The notes below the pieces were generated by a model that saw only the letters and a program-made list of their open reading frames with translations, was not told where the DNA came from and made no database searches. The position numbers were made by a program, and so were the translations under genes. 64,000 nt of DNA from Anaerolineae bacterium. Lineage in GTDB: Bacteria; Chloroflexota; Anaerolineae; UBA1429. The stretch is from positions 3,072,001-3,136,000 of the forward strand of contig OY776562.1 of the NCBI GenBank assembly GCA_963675785.1, given 5' to 3'. Below are positions 41,249 through 52,172 of this stretch, in pieces; positions within the stretch are counted from its first letter, which is position 1, and each line of letters begins with the position of its first letter.

Positions 41249-42251
41249 TGTCGGGTATCCAGGCAACAAGAATAGTCGACTGAGGTGTTTGTCGAAGCTC
41301 AATGCGACCGCCGTGGGCGGTAATGATGGATTGCGCTGTGGCAATAGAGAGCGTCTCGGCATCATTTGCGCGTGCAGAAGCGGGCACAGTATGAACTTCG
41401 AACTCGATTCCTCCATCATCGGCGCGACGGGCATAAAGATGAGCAATGCTGTTGTCTGCTGCCAGCAAAACGGCATTCTCCAAAAGATTGCCAATGGCTT
41501 TACGCATAGCTTCTAGGTCGAGGTTGGCGGCAAGCAATCCTCCACAAGTCAGCTTGAACTTTATATTTCGTTCGGAGGCTACGCGGGCAGCACTTGCAGC
41601 AGCACTACGAATGATTGGGGCTATGCGCGCTGGTTGAATATGTACAGGAACAGCGTGGGGTGTCTCTGCAATTGACCAGGGCAGTTCGCGGATTTGTTGC
41701 TGCAGGCGCTTTGCGCTGTCTTTGACGGTTTCCATGGGTGCACAGTTGGCCTGAGGACAATTCGTTGAATTCAGTTCTTGAACGAGTAGTTCGGCTGGCA
41801 CCTGAAGCTCGCGAGACACCCGATCCAGCAGGCGGCTTTCTTCTTGAAGAAGCTTTTGGGTAGTATCCTGCTTGACCTGATCGACACGGTCGAGGATGAC
41901 ACCGATTCTGGCCTCCAGTTCTTCGGGGTCAAAAGGCTTGATAATATAGTCGTCAGCACCGTTCCTCAATCCCCGAAGGCGGTCGTTTAAATCACCTCTG
42001 GCCGTCAAAAAAAGAAAAGGAATGGTACCGTTATAGAGGTCTTCGATCCGTTTTTGCAGCTCAAAGCCATCCATCTCTTCCATCATGATGTCACTAATGA
42101 TCATATTGGGAGGAGATGAAACCACCATTTCTAGCGCTTTTGAACCGCTTGATGCGGCTTGTACATCATAACCAACGCGAGACAGGAATTGCTCTAGCGA
42201 GGATAGAAGCTCTGTTTCATCATCAACAATCAAGAGGGATCTATCTGACAT
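41226..42251 (-). CDS. Response regulator receiver fused to degenerate histidine-kinase domain
   Basis: IVDD, SDIMM, FLTA, GADDYIIKPF; C-terminal VSRELQVP / NLLENA without H-box His or G-boxes. Confidence 0.85.
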   Translation of the reverse strand: MSDRSLLIVDDETELLSSLEQFLSRVGYDVQAASSGSKALEMVVSSPPNMIISDIMMEEMDGFELQKRIEDLYNGTIPFLFLTARGDLNDRLRGLRNGADDYIIKPFDPEELEARIGVILDRVDQVKQDTTQKLLQEESRLLDRVSRELQVPAELLVQELNSTNCPQANCAPMETVKDSAKRLQQQIRELPWSIAETPHAVPVHIQPARIAPIIRSAAASAARVASERNIKFKLTCGGLLAANLDLEAMRKAIGNLLENAVLLAADNSIAHLYARRADDGGIEFEVHTVPASARANDAETLSIATAQSIITAHGGRIELRQTPQSTILVAWIPDSGGHSND

Positions 42252-42320
42252 TTCTTGCCCCACTTTTTATTCTCTCTATAGGATAGTCGAGAGAATGGGC
42301 CAAGAGATAAAACCGGCATA

Positions 42321-42354
42321 AATCAGCCGGCTGTTGATGACAGCCGGCTTGATT
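42321..42354 (-). terminator. Hairpin terminator after galT
   Basis: AGCCGGCTGT-TGATG-ACAGCCGGCT inverted repeat. Confidence 0.6.
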
Positions 42355-42356
42355 TG

Positions 42357-43397
42357 TTAGGCAAAACGCTTGCTGGGCAGAGACCGAAGGCGTTCAGCCG
42401 CTGATTCTGCTGTGATATCACGCTGGGCATTGGCTAGCATTTCGTACCCCACCATGAATTTTTTTACCGTGGCCGATCGCAAAAGGGGTGGAAAAAAGTG
42501 CCAGTGCAGATGCCATTCGTCGTGCGCCTGGCCATCAGTCGGTTTTTGGTGAATGCCCATGGTATAAGGAAATGATACCTCAAAGAGATTGTCATAGCGG
42601 ACCGTTAGTTGCTTGAGAATATCGGCCAACGCCTCTTTTTCTTCAGACGTTAGTTCAGAGAGGCAAGTAATGTGCCTCTTGGGGAGTACCATGGCCTCAA
42701 AAGGCCATATTGCCCAAAAGGGAACAACCGCCAGAAAGGCATCGTTCTGGCAGATGATGCGCTCTCGTTTCTCTAGCTCAAGTTTGGCATAGTCGCACAG
42801 CAGGCAGTGCCCTTTTTCGTGTAGATAGGCGAGTTGTGAGGCTTGCTCGGTGGCGGATTCCTGAGGAAGGTTTTCGTTGGCCCAGATCTGTCCATGGGGA
42901 TGTGGGTTGCTGCAGCCCATGATGGCCCCTTTGTTTTCGAAAATCTGGACATAGTTAATAAAGTTCAACGCACCCAGCTCTTTGTATTGGGCCGTCCATA
43001 GGTCAATGACATGCTGGATGGCGTCGGTCGACATTTCAGCCATTGTCAGGCCGTGGTCGGGGTTGTAACAGATAACCCGGCAGAGGCCGCGTTCGCTTTT
43101 AGCAATGAGCAAATCGCCATCGTTCAATTCGCCGCTGGGAACATCAGGCAAAAGGGCCATAAAATCATTATCAAAGACATAGGTTTCGGTGTACTGGGGA
43201 TTCTGCAAGCCGCTGGTGCGCGTATTTCCTGGACACAGATAGCAAGTCGGATCATATGAGGGTCGTTTTTCAAGGGGCGTTTTTTCGACTTGGCCTAGCC
43301 AGGGGCGTTTGGTTCTATGAGGAGAAACAAGGATCCATTCTCTGCTCAGGGGGTTGTACCGCCTGTGTGGATGATCCGACATATTGAATGTGCTCAT
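42357..43397 (-). CDS. galT: Galactose-1-phosphate uridylyltransferase
   Basis: [44 protein letters not shown]. Confidence 0.97.
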   Translation of the reverse strand: MSTFNMSDHPHRRYNPLSREWILVSPHRTKRPWLGQVEKTPLEKRPSYDPTCYLCPGNTRTSGLQNPQYTETYVFDNDFMALLPDVPSGELNDGDLLIAKSERGLCRVICYNPDHGLTMAEMSTDAIQHVIDLWTAQYKELGALNFINYVQIFENKGAIMGCSNPHPHGQIWANENLPQESATEQASQLAYLHEKGHCLLCDYAKLELEKRERIICQNDAFLAVVPFWAIWPFEAMVLPKRHITCLSELTSEEKEALADILKQLTVRYDNLFEVSFPYTMGIHQKPTDGQAHDEWHLHWHFFPPLLRSATVKKFMVGYEMLANAQRDITAESAAERLRSLPSKRFA

Positions 43398-43469
43398 CAA
43401 GCTCCTTTTGAGAATGATCTACAGCCTTGACCTGTTCGTTTCTTGTGAATAAAATCCCCATACTTGAAT

Positions 43470-44093
43470 GTGAGGATGCTTGTGCTCTGCCCTAGCTGCA
43501 AAAAGCCCGTTCCGGGCGGTCAGTCCTGTTCGACGTGCCATTGCGCTGTACCAGAAAGAGAGACTTTTTCTGGTCAGGGTGGCCGTTATCTTGCCATTCT
43601 GGTTCTGATTGCAGCTGGAATGGCCGTGGTTTTCGTTATCCTCGATACATGGTCTTCTCTGCAGTGGGCCCATAGCTTGGAATGGCACTGGATCGCTGCT
43701 CTTATGGTCGCTCAGCCCGTTATCATTGGATTCTATTATTGGACTGTTCTGCGTAATGAAGAGATTACGATCACAGATGAGTATATCTATCGCCGTTCCC
43801 ACTGGGGAAACGAAAAAATCCTCTGGCGCGACTTGACCGAGTTCAAGGAGCTATCTGTATTGCCGCGAGACAGTTTGATCGGGCGCGTTTCATGGCTCAG
43901 CCGTTTTTTCCCTCGACGGAAAGGCATCGACTATTCCCCTTATACCCGATACGAGCTCGTTGCTGTAGAACCATCAGGTCGTAAGATGCGCATGTGCATC
44001 GAAGCCAGTACTATAGATGATGTCAATTGGCTGCTAGAGCTCATTCGCTACAAAGACTCTGAACGTAATCTCGCTGCTTTAGTGAAAGAGTAG
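43470..44093 (+). CDS. Hypothetical membrane protein (N-terminal zinc ribbon, 2 TM, bPH-like domain)
   Basis: CPSC...CSTC, two hydrophobic helices, EEITITDEYIY; start uncertain. Confidence 0.6.
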   Translation: MRMLVLCPSCKKPVPGGQSCSTCHCAVPERETFSGQGGRYLAILVLIAAGMAVVFVILDTWSSLQWAHSLEWHWIAALMVAQPVIIGFYYWTVLRNEEITITDEYIYRRSHWGNEKILWRDLTEFKELSVLPRDSLIGRVSWLSRFFPRRKGIDYSPYTRYELVAVEPSGRKMRMCIEASTIDDVNWLLELIRYKDSERNLAALVKE

Positions 44094-44096
44094 CTT

Positions 44097-45707
44097 TTAC
44101 AAATCCCACTGGTTACTTTTAGCTAATGATGTTGGCAGGCTAACGGGCCAGAATGCCCCACTTGCCCAGTAGCCACCCTGCACCAAGGTAAGTCCCTCTT
44201 CACCCTCCCAGACATCTGCTTCAACCAACCGCTGCTCGCCCGGATCTAAAAGCCCCACAGGCTCTGAGTTAACCGGAAAGTAGCTGGTACCTTCTGCATC
44301 CAAGGCCCACATGTTCAGACGAGATAGAGACGCTGGTTTGTCCCCCATGTTTTGAACCAATAAGTAGACTTTGAGCCCTTCTAGCGAAGGGCAAACAGAG
44401 ACTTGTTGTATCTTGATCGAGGGGCCTGTTACATGTAGGTTTTGTTCTATACGTGCCAAGGTAAACTCGTTTCCTTCCTTCACAAAGCCAATTCTGGTTA
44501 TTATCCAATCACCGGCTGCTCGTGTAGCCGATTGAATAACGACTGTTGCAGGTACGAGCTGGCCAAACTCTAGTGTAAGACTCGTTTCTGTTTTGGCAAT
44601 CCAGGCCGTATTACTGGGAGACACTCCGCTTAGCAGAACTTGGTCCAGTTCGATTGTTTCACTGGTTTGGTTGTACAACCAGATCTGCGCTGTCAGTTCT
44701 TCCCCCAACGAACAGGTGGAAAGATTGCTGATGCCCACAAAGGTAATCGGTGATTCACCGATGGCAAATCCTTCCATAATCGGCATATCGATAGATCCCT
44801 GACTGGTTACTGCGGTGACCTCTGCGATAGTCCAGTAGCCCACCTCATCGGGCATCAATGTCAGGGGCATAGCGGCTTCTCCGTTGGCCGGAATGAACTT
44901 GTTGCAGAATATCGTTCTGCTGTGATGTATGCCAGTTGGCGATACCAGATCGACATAAAGCTTTGTGATCTCGGTATCGTAGGCTGTGGTGTTTTTGATG
45001 GACAACTCGGCTTGCAAATACTGCCCCAACGCTTTTTCAGTGGTTGCGCAAGTGAATGAATCACAATATAAACCGATTCCCGGTGTTTCGTTGGGGATTA
45101 CCGCATCGGTAGCATAGTTGGTAAGGGCCTGCTCCATAAGCCAGGGAATGTCGGTGCGTTGTGGACATACGAGTTGATCGCCTTGAACAGCCAGGATTTC
45201 AAAGTGCAAGTGGGTTAGTGCAACACCAGAATGCCCTACATAGCCTATGAGTTGGCCCTGTTCGACAAAGACCGAGCCGGTTTGCTCATCGCGCAAGTGC
45301 GCCAGACGAATAACCCACTCATCTCCAACAGTTAGGTCAATATAGTTTCCCAGTGTGGTTTCTAATGAGCGATCATCTCGCAAAAAGGTAGCTTGCCCCG
45401 ATGCGGGGGCAAAGAGCGGCGTGCCTTCGGGCAAGCTAAAGTCAAAGGCCAAGCCGCTGGCTTTGTCGTTCTCCCAATGATCTTCGGGCTCCCAGGTGAC
45501 AATGGCCGAGATGCCACTTGGCCAGGGCAAGATCCAATTTGCTGGATCGCATTCCTGGACGACAGTAGTCTCCAATCCCGCTACATTAGCCGACAGGGGC
45601 AGTGCCAGCGACATGATGAGACAAACTGAGATGAACAGCACACTCTTTTTTACATCAGACACGTTTCTTTTATCCTTGATAATGGTACGAGTATAACATA
45701 CGGCCAA
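44097..45707 (-). CDS. Secreted M23-family peptidase with Ig-like C-terminal domains
   Basis: Signal peptide, AFDF, GNYIDL, LAHL, THLHFE; start uncertain. Confidence 0.75.
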   Translation of the reverse strand: MAVCYTRTIIKDKRNVSDVKKSVLFISVCLIMSLALPLSANVAGLETTVVQECDPANWILPWPSGISAIVTWEPEDHWENDKASGLAFDFSLPEGTPLFAPASGQATFLRDDRSLETTLGNYIDLTVGDEWVIRLAHLRDEQTGSVFVEQGQLIGYVGHSGVALTHLHFEILAVQGDQLVCPQRTDIPWLMEQALTNYATDAVIPNETPGIGLYCDSFTCATTEKALGQYLQAELSIKNTTAYDTEITKLYVDLVSPTGIHHSRTIFCNKFIPANGEAAMPLTLMPDEVGYWTIAEVTAVTSQGSIDMPIMEGFAIGESPITFVGISNLSTCSLGEELTAQIWLYNQTSETIELDQVLLSGVSPSNTAWIAKTETSLTLEFGQLVPATVVIQSATRAAGDWIITRIGFVKEGNEFTLARIEQNLHVTGPSIKIQQVSVCPSLEGLKVYLLVQNMGDKPASLSRLNMWALDAEGTSYFPVNSEPVGLLDPGEQRLVEADVWEGEEGLTLVQGGYWASGAFWPVSLPTSLAKSNQWDL

Positions 45708-45746
45708 GAGCGGACCAATTTTTAAACTGCATCGGCTTCTGATTCG

Positions 45747-45775
45747 TTGACACTCCCATCTGGCTGCCTTATGAT
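45747..45775 (+). promoter_or_regulatory. Sigma70 promoter
   Basis: TTGACA-17 nt-TATGAT upstream of the PDO operon. Confidence 0.7.
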
Positions 45776-45855
45776 AAAAAAGAGCACTGGTAAGCTCACT
45801 TGTCTCTTGAGCAAGTCAAAGTTTTATATTCTAGCCTGGTTTATGGAGGTGAAAT

Positions 45856-46551
45856 ATGACATTGTTAAGCGATAAAGATGCTACAACGCTCAAAGAGCTT
45901 TTTAAAAACATGCGAGATCCCGTTCGTCTGGTTTTCTTTTCACAGACTTTTGCTTGCCAGTACTGCAAAGAAACCAAGATGATTCTTCAAGAAGTTGCTG
46001 ATCTGTCCGAGAATATTACGATTGAAGAGTACAATCTCGTTACGGATGCCGAAGCGGCCAAGGCGTATGGCATTGAAATGATTCCGGCTATAGCCGTTAT
46101 TGGCAACAAAGACTATGGAATTCGCTTTTTGGGCATTCCTTCGGGATACGAATTCACTTCGCTGGTCGAAGATATCATGGATGTTTCCAAAGGGGAGGCC
46201 AAACTCGAAAAGGAGACTCTCGACTTTTGTGCGAACCTCGATCAGGATGTCGATATCAAGGTATTTATCACGCCTACTTGCCCCTATTGTCCGGCGGCAG
46301 TGCGCATGGCACATACTATGGCCATAGCCAGTGACCATATCCGTGGGGCGATGGTCGAATCGATCGAGTTTCCCCAACTGGCTAACAAGTACAAGGTCAT
46401 GGGCGTGCCTCGTATTATCATCAATGATGACGTGGCAGTAGAGGGTGCAGTGCCGGAAGCACTGCTTGTTGCACGTATCAAGCAGGCAGTGGGGCTCCTT
46501 TCAGAGGATCAAGTCGACGCTCTGTTCGAAAAGGAATTTGGCTCGGCATGA
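45856..46551 (+). CDS. Protein disulfide oxidoreductase (two thioredoxin folds, AhpF-NTD/PDO-like)
   Basis: CQYC and CPYC, GIPSGYEF, VMGVP. Confidence 0.88.
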   Translation: MTLLSDKDATTLKELFKNMRDPVRLVFFSQTFACQYCKETKMILQEVADLSENITIEEYNLVTDAEAAKAYGIEMIPAIAVIGNKDYGIRFLGIPSGYEFTSLVEDIMDVSKGEAKLEKETLDFCANLDQDVDIKVFITPTCPYCPAAVRMAHTMAIASDHIRGAMVESIEFPQLANKYKVMGVPRIIINDDVAVEGAVPEALLVARIKQAVGLLSEDQVDALFEKEFGSA

Positions 46552-47477
46552 TGAAAGACAAGCCTGTGATGAAAATCAGTTGTTGTTGGCTATACGCCAT
46601 TTCGACGTATGGCTATCCCGTTGCAATAGATGCGATACCAGAGGCTTTTCAAAAGATGGCCGATCTGGGATTTCGCTATGTCGAGCTTGAGGGGGCTTCA
46701 GAGGGAGGCAATCTTTTGGAGCTCTCTGAACGGCGTGCTGAGATCAAGACAGTGGCTGATGAACTCGGGCTCACAGTGGTCAATTTCTGTCCCGTCATCC
46801 CTGAGATTGTCAGTCTGGATGCCACTGTGCGCGAAAAGGGCTATGCGCTCTTTGATGTGGCCCTGGACTTGGCACAGTATTTTGGCTGTTCAACCATCCA
46901 GATCGATAGCTATACGCCCGCCCTCGAGTTCATTGGCGACCAACCCTACAAAGAGATGTTGGATTATGGCCTTGATTTTCGGGTCAAAGTCGATCCGCTG
47001 TTTTCGTGGGATGAGCAATGGGCCGTGTTGGTGGAGACGTTCAAGCATTGTGCCGAGCGCGCCAGGGCTTTTGGATTGCCTTTTTGCCTGGAACCACGTG
47101 TGGGCGAGATTATCAGCAACACCGATGCACTGCTTCGGCTGATGGATTTCGTCGATGACGATAATTTTGGAGCTGTGCTCGATACGGCCCACCAGCATGC
47201 GCAAAAAGAAATACTTCCTTTGAGCGTTGAAAAGCTGGGTGAGCGCATCATGTATCTGCACGTCGCTGATAACGACGGGCGTGTCAATGAGCACAAAGCG
47301 CTGGGCGAGGGAACGGTGGATTGGGATGGCGTGTTCTCTGCGCTGGCCAAGTATAATTTCGGTGGCTATGTGGCTATCGATATTGGCCGACTGCCAGATA
47401 TGGATGCAGCCATGCGCCGATCTCTAGAGTATCTGAGCCGGTTGTTGGGGCGGCTTGGGATTGCCTATGAGCTCTAG
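46548..47477 (+). CDS. Sugar phosphate isomerase/epimerase (TIM barrel)
   Basis: LEP, LDTAH, YLHVADNDG..H..LGEG.VDW. Confidence 0.85.
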   Translation: MMKDKPVMKISCCWLYAISTYGYPVAIDAIPEAFQKMADLGFRYVELEGASEGGNLLELSERRAEIKTVADELGLTVVNFCPVIPEIVSLDATVREKGYALFDVALDLAQYFGCSTIQIDSYTPALEFIGDQPYKEMLDYGLDFRVKVDPLFSWDEQWAVLVETFKHCAERARAFGLPFCLEPRVGEIISNTDALLRLMDFVDDDNFGAVLDTAHQHAQKEILPLSVEKLGERIMYLHVADNDGRVNEHKALGEGTVDWDGVFSALAKYNFGGYVAIDIGRLPDMDAAMRRSLEYLSRLLGRLGIAYEL

Positions 47478-48690
47478 ATTGGCAAATGAGACCTGGGCTA
47501 TCGTCAATGCTCGGGTTTATACGCCCAATCGCCTTGTTGCTCCCGATGGAGTGTTACTCATAAGGCAGGGCAAAATACTGGCTGTTGGGAGGGCGCAAGA
47601 GTGCGCCATTCCTGAGCATGCCGTAACCTACGATATGCGTGGTGCAATTGTCTGCCCCGGCTATGTGGATGTTCATGTCCACGGTGGCGCCGGGGCAGAT
47701 TGTACAGATGGCTCTGTTGAAGCGGTTAGAGCCATGGCTGCCCATTTATTGACCAAAGGTACGACTTCTTTTCTGCCAACGACTATGAGCGCTCCCTATG
47801 ATGCGCTTTGGCAGGCGTTCGACGCCATCTCTGAAGTTGCTGTGCGTCGTGGCGCAGCAGAATCGCGAGTGTTGGGCATTCACATGGAAGGCCCCATGTT
47901 CAGCCCTGCCCAGGCTGGAGCTCAAAACCCCGCCGTATTGCGTATGCCCACCCGCGGCGAGCTAGAGCGTTTGATTTCGTATGTTCCCCTCTTGAAACGG
48001 GTTGATCTGGCCCCTGAATTAGATGGCGCCCTCGATGTGGTTTCCTATCTTGCAGAGGCGGGCGTATTGGTGGCTGGCGCCCATTCGGATGCTTTGTACT
48101 TTCAGGTATGCCAGGCTATGGACGCCGGACTTTTGCATACTACGCATTTGTGGAGTGCCATGTCGACTGTGCGGCGCATTGGCCCCCAGCGTTATTCGGG
48201 CATGGTAGAGGCGTCTCTGGTTGAGGATGGATTGACTACCGAGATCATCGCTGATGGCTATCATCTACCTTCTTCGCTGATGAAACTGGCTTTCAAGTGC
48301 AAGGGATCTGAAAAACTCTGTGTGGTGAGCGACGCTATCCGTGCTGCCGGTATGCCTCCTGGCGTATACGATCTTGGTGGCATGGACGCCCTGGTAGAAT
48401 CTAATGCCGGTGTAGCCATGACAGTAGATAAAAAAGCTTTTGCCGGGTCAATTAGCAGCATATCTGAGTGCGTGCAGCATTTGGTCAATGGCGTGGGTTT
48501 TGCCCTGGGGGATGTGTTGCGCATGGCTACTTTGACACCTGCCCGTATACATGGTCTTGACGATACCGCTGGCTTGTTGGCCCCCGGACGTGTAGCCGAT
48601 TTCCTGGTGCTAGAGCCGGCAACACTAGAGCCCCGGGCCGTGTTTTTGGATGGCGTACTGGTGCATGGTGATGCAAGGCTATGGGACTAG
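47467..48690 (+). CDS. nagA: N-acetylglucosamine-6-phosphate deacetylase
   Basis: PGYVDVHVHG, HMEGP, APE, AHSDA, THLWSAM, IADGYH, SDA. Confidence 0.88.
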   Translation: MSSRLANETWAIVNARVYTPNRLVAPDGVLLIRQGKILAVGRAQECAIPEHAVTYDMRGAIVCPGYVDVHVHGGAGADCTDGSVEAVRAMAAHLLTKGTTSFLPTTMSAPYDALWQAFDAISEVAVRRGAAESRVLGIHMEGPMFSPAQAGAQNPAVLRMPTRGELERLISYVPLLKRVDLAPELDGALDVVSYLAEAGVLVAGAHSDALYFQVCQAMDAGLLHTTHLWSAMSTVRRIGPQRYSGMVEASLVEDGLTTEIIADGYHLPSSLMKLAFKCKGSEKLCVVSDAIRAAGMPPGVYDLGGMDALVESNAGVAMTVDKKAFAGSISSISECVQHLVNGVGFALGDVLRMATLTPARIHGLDDTAGLLAPGRVADFLVLEPATLEPRAVFLDGVLVHGDARLWD

Positions 48691-49523
48691 TTTACCGCCT
48701 CGAAGATTATGCCAGCTACCATGCAGTGGTTGGTTCGGCTACCTATATCGATGTGAGCCGGCGTACCGATCCGGCGCGTATTCCCTTCGTGTGGGATAGG
48801 CTCAAAGATATCCTCGCAGCCTATGGTGCCCCTTGGGTGATCCAAATCTGGACCAAAGATCCTCACGGTGCCGCTCTGCTTGGCAAAACTGTCATTCAAG
48901 AAATGCTAGCCCAAGGGACGACTATCACTGCTCAGATTACAGCAACTGGCTTGGCGGGATCGGTCTGGGAACCGCGAGTGCCGTGTGATATTTCTTCTGG
49001 ATTGGACGGGTTAGCCGAATTGATCGGTGGCTATGAGCACATATGCTGGCGCTATGACCCCATCATTCCTTCGGCACACACTTTGACGGCATTTTCGAGC
49101 TTGGCGGAACGCATGGCTGCGCAAGGCATTCACCGTGGTGTGCTCAACTTTATTGCTCCTCCCGGACGCTATGTCCGTGTAGACCGCCGCATGACGCAGG
49201 TTCTGCCGGCTTGGCCCACTCTAGGGCAAGGTAATGAGGCGGAACAGGCGCGTATTGCCCGCGAGATCGTTGCTGTCGCGAGTGACCTGGGCATCGAGAT
49301 GGGTTGTTGTGCTGAATCAAGCGCGCTTTCGAGTCAGGTGCCGGGCTTGCGTGCTGCTTCCTGTGGCGATTACGCCTGGTTTGCGCAGCTTGCCCAAACG
49401 TATCCATCTCAAAACACCTATCAAGGCAGTCGTAAGGGCTGCGGTTGCTTACACTATTTTGATGTGGGTAGCTATGGTATGCGCAATCGGTGCTTCGGCT
49501 GCCTCTATTGTTATGCAGGATAA
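48681..49523 (+). CDS. DUF1848-family protein
   Basis: DVSRRTDP, WTKDP, WRYDPII, R.GCGC, C.FGCLYCYA. Confidence 0.75.
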   Translation: MGLVYRLEDYASYHAVVGSATYIDVSRRTDPARIPFVWDRLKDILAAYGAPWVIQIWTKDPHGAALLGKTVIQEMLAQGTTITAQITATGLAGSVWEPRVPCDISSGLDGLAELIGGYEHICWRYDPIIPSAHTLTAFSSLAERMAAQGIHRGVLNFIAPPGRYVRVDRRMTQVLPAWPTLGQGNEAEQARIAREIVAVASDLGIEMGCCAESSALSSQVPGLRAASCGDYAWFAQLAQTYPSQNTYQGSRKGCGCLHYFDVGSYGMRNRCFGCLYCYAG

Positions 49524-49601
49524 ATCGGGAAAAGATTTGGGAATACCCCTGTGCCTGCTATAATGGTTATGTCGTGCGCCATTCAAGCTTAGGAGCTGAC
49601 T

Positions 49602-52160
49602 ATGTTGCGCCCCCATCGCGTATATAATGTTGTCCCGTCTTTGCCGGCGTCGCTAGCTGCGCTGGAACCTCTTTCACGAAACCTATGGTGGTCATGGAAT
49701 CCCGACGCAATTGAGCTGTTCTTGCGACTGGATCGAGACCTCTGGGAACAATATAGACATAACCCCATTCGCTTGCTGGGAGCCGTCCGCCAGGAGAGAC
49801 TGGAGCATCTGGCTCAAGATGATGGCTTTATCGCTCATCTCGAGCGGGTTTGGGCTGCTTTTCAAGCGTATGTGGATAACAAAGATACATGGTATGCGAA
49901 CCATTGTCGCTCAGAAAATCTCTCGGTCGCCTATTTTTCCGCCGAGTTTGGCATTACGGAATGTGTTCCCAATTATTCGGGCGGACTTGGCATTCTTTCA
50001 GGAGACCACCTCAAATCGGCCAGTGACCTTGGCCTACCTCTGGTAGGCGTTGGCTTACTCTATCAACAAGGATACTTTCGCCAATATCTCAATGTAGATG
50101 GCTGGCAGCAAGAGTCCTATCCCATCAACGATTTCTATACCATGCCTATGTCACTTGTTCAGGGTGAGGACGGCGTACCTATTCATATCCAGGTCGATTA
50201 CCCCGGCAGAGCGGTGACAGCGCAGGTGTGGCTGGTCGAGGTTGGCCGAATCTCGCTTTACTTGTTGGATACCAACATCTCCGAGAACTCTGCCGATGAC
50301 CGCGGCATCACCAGTCAGCTCTATGGCGGCTATGATGATATGCGCATCCAGCAGGAGATTATGCTGGGTATTGGTGGAATACGCACGCTTTGGGCCATGG
50401 GGATGGAGCCGAATGTCTTTCATATGAACGAAGGTCATTCATCTTTCCTGGCACTAGAGCGAGTGCGGCGGCTGATCCAGGAAAAGGGGCTGGATTTCGA
50501 GGCAGCTCGACTTGCTACACGCGCCGGCAATGTGTTTACCACACACACACCTGTTCCGGCCGGTATTGACCTATTCCCTCCCAATATGATGGATCAGTAC
50601 TTTTCGTATTATTGGTCACAACTCGGTCTTGACCGCCAAGCGTTCCTGTATCTTGGACAGCGAGGCAACACGGGTGGCGACCGATTCTCTATGGCGGTGT
50701 TAGCGCTAGAGCTGGCCGACCACGTCAATGGCGTGAGCAAAATACACAGCCAGGTAGCGCGCGATATGTGGAAGGTGCTATGGCCGCAGACGCCCAAGCG
50801 CGAAGTGTCCATTAGCGCCATTACCAACGGCGTTCATGCTCCGAGTTGGGTTTCTCATGATATGGGCGATCTGTATCTGCGCTATCTTGGCCCGGGCTGG
50901 CGTGAACGTCCTTGGGACAAGTCGGTCTGGTTGAGGGTTGATTCCATTCCTGATGCCGAGCTGTGGCGAACCCATGAGCGGCGGCGTGAGCGGTTAGTTT
51001 CAACAGCGCGTGGGCGCTTGGTGGATCAACTGGTTAGCAAAGGGGCTTCTACGCAAGAAATTGGCGATGCGCGAGATGCTTTGGATCCCGAAGTGCTGAC
51101 CATTGGCTTTGCGCGGCGTTTTGCCACATACAAGCGGGCAACGTTGCTGTTCCGTGATCCAGAACGGCTTGCTCGCATTCTCAATGATCCTGAAAGACCC
51201 GTGCAGATTATCTTTGCGGGCAAGGCCCATCCGCATGATAACCCCGGCAAGGAACTCATCCGCCAGATTGTGCACTATTCGCGACAGCCCGAGTTTCAAG
51301 GACATGTGGTTTTTATTGAAAATTATGACATGAACCTGGCCCGCTATTTGTTGCAGGGTGTCGATATCTGGTTGAATACACCACGAAGTGGCCTGGAAGC
51401 TAGCGGCACCAGTGGTATGAAGGCTGCTATGAATGGTGCTTTGAATTGCAGCGCCTATGATGGCTGGTGGTGCGAGGGGTATTCTAACGGCGCAGGCTGG
51501 AGCATTGGGCGTGGTGAAAAGTATGATGATCCCAACTATGGTGATGAAGTTGAGGCGCGCGCGTTGTACGACATTCTAGAAAAGGATGTTGTGCCGCGAT
51601 TCTATAGCCGTGGGCACGACGGGCTGCCCCATAATTGGATTTCGATGATGAAGAGCTCGATTGGCTCGATTGCGCCCCAGTTCTCTTCCCATCGAATGGT
51701 GGAACAGTACTGCAGTGAGATGTACGAGCCAGCTTTTGAGAGGCATCACCAACTGGTCGAGAATGACTATCAAGTGGTCAAGGAATTGGCCTCTTGGGTG
51801 GGCAAGATCAAGGCACATTGGGGCGAACTGAGCGTGGTATCTGTCGAATCTTCCGCGGATGATAGCATGTCGGTGGGTGAAGACATTGAGATCAAGACAA
51901 CAATACGTCTTGGTGCTTTGGACCCCAAGGATATTCAGGTTCTTGTCTACCATGGCATTGTGGATGAAACTGGCACTTTGGGCGATTATGAGATCGCCGA
52001 TATGGATGGCGTGTGCGAGGTGGATGGAAGTCAGTGTGCCTATCGCGGCACTATATCCAATCACCATAGTGGAAGGCACGGTTATACTGTGTGCCTCAGG
52101 CCGCACCACCCCGAATATGGCGAGGTTTCATTGCCAGGCTACGTTTTGTGGTCTGATTAG
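49602..52160 (+). CDS. glgP: Alpha-glucan (glycogen) phosphorylase
   Basis: YSGGLGILSGDH, NEGH, ARRFATYKR, EASGTSGMKA. Confidence 0.96.
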   Translation: MLRPHRVYNVVPSLPASLAALEPLSRNLWWSWNPDAIELFLRLDRDLWEQYRHNPIRLLGAVRQERLEHLAQDDGFIAHLERVWAAFQAYVDNKDTWYANHCRSENLSVAYFSAEFGITECVPNYSGGLGILSGDHLKSASDLGLPLVGVGLLYQQGYFRQYLNVDGWQQESYPINDFYTMPMSLVQGEDGVPIHIQVDYPGRAVTAQVWLVEVGRISLYLLDTNISENSADDRGITSQLYGGYDDMRIQQEIMLGIGGIRTLWAMGMEPNVFHMNEGHSSFLALERVRRLIQEKGLDFEAARLATRAGNVFTTHTPVPAGIDLFPPNMMDQYFSYYWSQLGLDRQAFLYLGQRGNTGGDRFSMAVLALELADHVNGVSKIHSQVARDMWKVLWPQTPKREVSISAITNGVHAPSWVSHDMGDLYLRYLGPGWRERPWDKSVWLRVDSIPDAELWRTHERRRERLVSTARGRLVDQLVSKGASTQEIGDARDALDPEVLTIGFARRFATYKRATLLFRDPERLARILNDPERPVQIIFAGKAHPHDNPGKELIRQIVHYSRQPEFQGHVVFIENYDMNLARYLLQGVDIWLNTPRSGLEASGTSGMKAAMNGALNCSAYDGWWCEGYSNGAGWSIGRGEKYDDPNYGDEVEARALYDILEKDVVPRFYSRGHDGLPHNWISMMKSSIGSIAPQFSSHRMVEQYCSEMYEPAFERHHQLVENDYQVVKELASWVGKIKAHWGELSVVSVESSADDSMSVGEDIEIKTTIRLGALDPKDIQVLVYHGIVDETGTLGDYEIADMDGVCEVDGSQCAYRGTISNHHSGRHGYTVCLRPHHPEYGEVSLPGYVLWSD

Positions 52161-52172
52161 ATTTCCGAATAG

